Below, in pieces: positions 16,941-20,925 of a stretch of 20,925 nucleotides of DNA (positions are counted from its first letter, which is position 1; every line of letters starts with the position of its first letter). Both the position numbers and the translations under genes were made by a program. The notes below the pieces were generated by a model. It was not told the origin of the DNA and did not search any database. It saw only the letters and a program-made list of their open reading frames with translations. Source of the stretch: an uncultured delta proteobacterium (lineage in GTDB: Bacteria; Desulfobacterota; Syntrophobacteria; BM002); the NCBI GenBank assembly GCA_963712115.1, contig CAVQGX010000054.1, forward strand, positions 1-20,925, given 5' to 3'.

Positions 16941-17133
16941 ATTTTTCGATACCATTTAGCAACACCCAAACTGTCCCAAATTCCTCTGAGGTGGGGATTT
17001 TTCTATTGCCTTCATTTCACATCTCATAAAATTTACTTTCTCAATTGCAAATATTCGCACTTCCTCCTTGCAACTCGCCACGCCTTTTCGTAATTTGACC
17101 AGCGGCGCATCAATTTTACAGTGGTAGAATCTT

Positions 17134-17784
17134 ATGGCCAATCCTGAACACTTGGTTATCCTCAAAAGAGGTGTGCAATTCTGGAACTCTTGGAGGAGCG
17201 AGAATCCGAATACACGTCCTGACTTTAGTGGGGCTGACCTTTCTCAAATCAGCCTGAGGGGAGCATTTCTTGCTAGTGCTAACTTGGAGGGTGCTTCTCT
17301 CGTTTCAGCCGACTTGGAGAAGGCGATTATCTGGGGGGCTAATCTACAGAAGGCAAACCTTCAAACGGCCAATCTTGAGGAAACAGACTTTTTTGAAGCT
17401 AATCTCAAGAGTGTGAATCTTTTGAGAGCCAAAATGCAAAAAGCTGACCTGACAAAAGCGAATCTGCAAGAGGCACTACTTGCTAAGGCTGATCTTGCCT
17501 GGGTGAGGCTCTGGCAGGCTAATTTGAAAGAAGCGGATTTATACAAAGCTAACCTAAAGAAAGCCAATCTTTACGGTGCAAATTTAGAGGGTGCTGACCT
17601 TCTGGAGACTAACTTCACTAGAGCAATTCTTTTAGAAACAAAGCTCAAAGGTGCTTTAAATCTATCTGTTAGACAAATTTCCCAAGCCATGACATTACAC
17701 AAATCTGAGTTGGAAGAAGCCTTAATGGGGAGGCTGCAAGAAGGTTATCCTCATCTTTTGGAAAGGCCAAAGTCTGGAGAGTAG
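17134..17784 (+). CDS. Pentapeptide-repeat protein
   Basis: MANPEHL..LK.GV..WN.WR N-terminus and tandem A(D/N)Lxx repeats. Confidence 0.92.
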   Translation: MANPEHLVILKRGVQFWNSWRSENPNTRPDFSGADLSQISLRGAFLASANLEGASLVSADLEKAIIWGANLQKANLQTANLEETDFFEANLKSVNLLRAKMQKADLTKANLQEALLAKADLAWVRLWQANLKEADLYKANLKKANLYGANLEGADLLETNFTRAILLETKLKGALNLSVRQISQAMTLHKSELEEALMGRLQEGYPHLLERPKSGE

Positions 17785-17803
17785 CGGATAGGTATGCAAG
17801 TAC

Positions 17804-18925
17804 TATATACAGCGTCATAAAGAATTGCGCATAATACTGCCTTCTGGTATAGTAGATATCGGAAGGAGGGAGCCATGCGCAAGCTTGAGATCAAAGATGC
17901 AGAGATCATTCGATTGGCAGTGCAAGATGAAATTCTGCGATCCGAGGAGTCGCGATATGACCATCGCCTGCATGGCATACTTTTGGTCTGCAGCGGCTTC
18001 AGTTGTTCCGAGGTGGCAGAGCTCTTCGGGCGCAGTCGACGCACGATTCAGTACTGGGTGCGCCGTTTTGAGCAGAGCGGTTTTGCAGGACTGGAGGAGG
18101 TTCCCCGTTGTGGACGTCCACCAGTGCTGAGCGAAGCTCTGTTTCAAGACGTTGGCAAAGATCTTCGCCGTTCGCCTTTTGAGTTTGGTTATACTCAGAA
18201 CCTGTGGGACGGAAAGCTTCTCAGTCATCACTTAGCTCAGATCTACGGGGTGGAGCTCAAGCTACGTCAATGCCAGCGCCTGTTCCACCAGTTGGGATTT
18301 CGCCGGCGCAAGCCGCGTCCCCTCATTGCCAAAGCCGATCCGCATGCGCAACGAAATTATAAAAAAACTCAGCCTCCTGGCCAGAAGAGACGACGTTGAC
18401 CTGTGGTTCGAAGACGAATGCCATTTCCAGCAACACGGTTCGCGCTGTACAATGTGGGTACCTCCAGAGGATGTAGATCCTGTGGTTTTGCATGCACCTA
18501 CAAGGAAAAACGTTGGAGTATTTGGTGCAGTTTGTACGGCAGACGGACGTCTGACCACCGATCGCGCTGAGAAGTTCAATGCGGAGACATTCCTTTCTTT
18601 CTTACAACAACTGGTGCGCCGTCGCCGCAAGGGCCGCAAGATGGTTGTCGTTTTGGATAATGCCCGCTGGCATCGTGCCAAACTTCTGCAGCCGTGGTTG
18701 AAGAAACATCGTAAACATCTCCGACTGGACTTTCTGCCTCCCTACAGCCCGGAACTGAACGCTATTGAACGAGTGTGGAAGCTGACGCGCCGGCTCCGCA
18801 CCCATAATCGTTACTTCCCCCTCTTGGATGATCTGGTGCAGACCGTATTCGATCAGTTCGAGTCCTGCGCGAACCCAACGAAACCTTACGTCGATTATGC
18901 GCAATCATTTAAGACGCTATATATA
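17804..18925 (+). mobile_element. IS630-family insertion sequence (coordinates include flanking TA)
   Basis: 32-bp inverted ends 17804-17835 / 18894-18925 with 4 mismatches, ending in TATA. Confidence 0.92.
17875..18399 (+). CDS. IS630 transposase orfA (HTH domains)
   Basis: GGAGG RBS; EVAELFGRSRRTIQYWVRRF HTH and GRP motif; A7 tract at 18361-18367. Confidence 0.88.
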   Translation: MRKLEIKDAEIIRLAVQDEILRSEESRYDHRLHGILLVCSGFSCSEVAELFGRSRRTIQYWVRRFEQSGFAGLEEVPRCGRPPVLSEALFQDVGKDLRRSPFEFGYTQNLWDGKLLSHHLAQIYGVELKLRQCQRLFHQLGFRRRKPRPLIAKADPHAQRNYKKTQPPGQKRRR

Positions 18926-18967
18926 AAACCAAAATCATGCATCTGCCCTATTTACAGAGTCAGTTAA
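18326..18967 (+). CDS. IS630 transposase orfB (DDE domain), probably with a frameshifted C-terminus
   Basis: WFEDE, VLDNARWH, LPPYSPELNAIERVW; this frame runs past the right IR. Confidence 0.85.
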   Translation: MPKPIRMRNEIIKKLSLLARRDDVDLWFEDECHFQQHGSRCTMWVPPEDVDPVVLHAPTRKNVGVFGAVCTADGRLTTDRAEKFNAETFLSFLQQLVRRRRKGRKMVVVLDNARWHRAKLLQPWLKKHRKHLRLDFLPPYSPELNAIERVWKLTRRLRTHNRYFPLLDDLVQTVFDQFESCANPTKPYVDYAQSFKTLYIKPKSCICPIYRVS

Positions 18968-19121
18968 CTTGTTGTATTCTCATTAAAAAGTCATCCATAC
19001 CTCTGATTATATCTATGCCTATAAAAATATTGTGTTTAATATCAGATGTTTGGAAGAAACTATTGTATGCCAACTGTTTGCTGATAAGCATAACTCAAGC
19101 CACAAGGAAGAGGTATAGACA

Positions 19122-19751
19122 ATGAAAAGGATCTTATCAATTCTGGTGGTTATCGCGCTGGGAGTCTTGTTATTGGCCGGAAATGCGAGCGCACTGGGGA
19201 TTGATATTTCGGCGACTGTAAACCCAAATTGGAACGATAGCTGGAATGATGTTACTTTAACGGGGACCGCCCTCTACAGTCTTTACGTTGATTCCACCAG
19301 TGCTTATGGTGCCAATGTATTCACTGTCACTTTTGAAAATGACATTTTTGCATCACTAACGAATGGTGACCTGATATCCCCGGGCGGCTGGACTTTATAC
19401 TATTATCCTGCCCCTAATATGTACAGTGAACATATGCTCGAGGTCGCTTATGGCGGATCTGATGTGCTTGAGCCGGGAGAAACACCACCTGTTTCCTTCT
19501 CTGTTGACTACACATTGTTCTCCGCGGACCAGTTTAGCCAGGCCTCTGGGTCGGGATGGGCCTGGAATGAGGGTGGCCGTTGGCAACAGTCAGTCAGCGC
19601 AACCAATAATAACGTCTCGCTCGGACCATTTGGAAATCCAAGCGGTGGCACCTCAACAGCCATGACACCCGAACCCGCCAGCATGCTTCTGCTTGGAACC
19701 GGCCTAGTTGTAGCTGGACTTGTGGGGTATAGAAGAAGGTCCAAATCGTAA
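19122..19751 (+). CDS. PEP-CTERM sorting-domain protein
   Basis: Signal peptide ending ASA; C-terminal TPEPASMLLLGTGLVVAGLVGYRRRSKS. Confidence 0.93.
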   Translation: MKRILSILVVIALGVLLLAGNASALGIDISATVNPNWNDSWNDVTLTGTALYSLYVDSTSAYGANVFTVTFENDIFASLTNGDLISPGGWTLYYYPAPNMYSEHMLEVAYGGSDVLEPGETPPVSFSVDYTLFSADQFSQASGSGWAWNEGGRWQQSVSATNNNVSLGPFGNPSGGTSTAMTPEPASMLLLGTGLVVAGLVGYRRRSKS

Positions 19752-19779
19752 CTTTTCTAATTCGATCTGTAGGGTCTAG

Positions 19780-19810
19780 AAGGTAGACTTAGAAATGGGT
19801 CTGCCTTTTT
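19780..19810 (+). terminator. Intrinsic terminator
   Basis: AAGGTAGACT/GGTCTGCCTT stem + T run. Confidence 0.6.
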
Positions 19811-19818
19811 ATTTGGAA

Positions 19819-19842
19819 AGTAAAGATTACATACTGCACACT
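19819..19842. repeat. L-type site L11 (5 bp missing)
   Basis: AGTAAAGATTA-CATACT..GCACACT; box CACAACATCTAGGG at 19862-19875, 19-bp gap; downstream linker resembles 6067-6165. Confidence 0.78.
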
Positions 19843-19906
19843 TTCCCCCTTGAGAACCCACCACAACATCTAGGGCTGTGGGGATATTCATTTTTCAAAG
19901 AGCATT

Positions 19907-19935
19907 AGCGGGGCTATTGCGGCTCCGCTTTTTTT
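19907..19935 (+). terminator. Repeated linker terminator hairpin
   Basis: AGCGGGGC-TATTGCG-GCTCCGCT + T run. Confidence 0.78.
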
Positions 19936-20059
19936 GGCTTTAAAAATGATAGTTTCTCAATTGACAGCGACAGCTTCGTCTGTGATAAAGTTGGCAAACT
20001 TTTAAGTGGATAGAACAGACTGTTAGGTCTGAAATCGGCTCTCAATTATCGGTATTTAG

Positions 20060-20818
20060 ATGAGAAACAGAAAATGGATTATTCTGATTATTGCGCTGTT
20101 TTTTATGGCGTGCTTATTGGTGATTAGAATGAGGATTGAAGATATTGTTAAGCGAGTTTCGAGTGGCGAGAAAGAAACCGATTATCAAACAGCCATGGGT
20201 TTTGTTCCTGACAAAGCATACCCTTGGGTTGCTAAGCTACGGATGAGAAAAATAACCCCGCATGTAAAAGAGGATGATACGGTTTTGGAATACGGTGTTA
20301 GGTTTGGATGGAACCTTGCTTTTGTTGGATGCAAAAAGAGACTAGGTTTCGATCTGTCTGATTCGTTGGCCCCTATTGTTCGCGAGCATGGGATAGAGTT
20401 TATTAATGATTTAGCCGCTATTTCTGACGATGCCATAGATGTAATTATTTGCCACCACCAGCTCGAACACGCACTAGCTCCAGCTGAAGTTCTCGGTGCT
20501 ATCAAACGCATACTTCGTCCCAATGGGAAACTGCTATTATTTGTTCCCTACGAAAAAGGAAAAAGAACTCGTCGGTATGAAACTAATTATCGCTATCATC
20601 GTCTTTACTCTTGGAATGTTCAGACGCTAGGTAACCTTGTAAAGGCGAACGGATTCAAAGTCATTGAAGGACAGGTCGGAAGGTATGGCTACGAGCGATT
20701 TTCGGCGGTTTTGGCTAACTGCTACCAGTTGGGAGAACTCGGGTTCAGGGTCATAAGGAGGACTATTCACTTAGTGAGACCTGGTTATGAAGTTGAAATG
20801 GTTGCCATAAATGAGTAG
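20060..20818 (+). CDS. Class I SAM-dependent methyltransferase with N-terminal TM anchor
   Basis: VLEYGVRFGWN (degenerate motif I), DVIICHHQLEH, RILRPNGKLLL. Confidence 0.8.
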   Translation: MRNRKWIILIIALFFMACLLVIRMRIEDIVKRVSSGEKETDYQTAMGFVPDKAYPWVAKLRMRKITPHVKEDDTVLEYGVRFGWNLAFVGCKKRLGFDLSDSLAPIVREHGIEFINDLAAISDDAIDVIICHHQLEHALAPAEVLGAIKRILRPNGKLLLFVPYEKGKRTRRYETNYRYHRLYSWNVQTLGNLVKANGFKVIEGQVGRYGYERFSAVLANCYQLGELGFRVIRRTIHLVRPGYEVEMVAINE

Positions 20819-20877
20819 CATCATGGTCTAATAACATCCTTGCCAAGTGGGTCTATCCGTTTTTTTTAAAGAACACC

Positions 20878-20900
20878 GCGGAGTCATTAGCTCCTTTTTT
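20878..20900 (+). terminator. Degenerate linker terminator hairpin
   Basis: GCGGAGTCATTAGCTCC + T6, preceded by CTATCCGTTTTTTTTAAAGAACACC (cf. 6952-6974). Confidence 0.65.
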
Positions 20901-20925
20901 GGCCTGCTTTGCCGAAACTTTAGAT

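Noticed and set aside
15780-17784. Calling the MBL protein a beta-lactamase or the pentapeptide protein Qnr
   Set aside because: Only fold-level motifs are present; no family-specific evidence for resistance.
1352-19842. Reading the 29-bp repeats as a CRISPR array
   Set aside because: Copies are tens of bp to kb apart, alternate in orientation and flank genes; there are no regular spacers.
309-20523. Many short antisense or alternate-frame ORFs (e.g. 11909..12520, 13330..13836, 10369..10725, 17815..18231)
   Set aside because: They overlap well-supported genes, attC sites or repeats and have no motifs.

Overview
Accessory region, probably from a Desulfobacterota-type bacterium (inferred from PEP-CTERM, PilZ and sigma54 promoters). 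It is a chain of unrelated, mostly secreted or membrane single genes: CsgG/FlgO-like, DUF2333-like, Cache domain, Deg/HtrA protease, PilZ, lipoprotein, three integron cassettes, osmC, PD-(D/E)XK nuclease, MBL hydrolase, pentapeptide repeat, PEP-CTERM and a methyltransferase. There are also two IS elements: an IS110/IS1111-type inside an attC site, and an IS630. The main unexplained structure is a set of 11 copies (plus 1 poorly conserved copy) of a ~29-bp site with 11-bp imperfect inverted arms around a 7-bp spacer, the geometry of a tyrosine-recombinase core. The sites come in two spacer types (L: CATACTT; R: AGGGATG) that mostly alternate in opposite orientation around the genes. Each has a palindromic NrdR-box-like 14-mer 19-20 bp from its inner arm, and a conserved terminator hairpin lies in the L-R linkers. 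This resembles a pdif-module or integron-like cassette array with an unrecognised site family. No recombinase gene is in the window. A 26-codon remnant with a Cas9/IscB-type RuvC-I motif is fused to the first linker.
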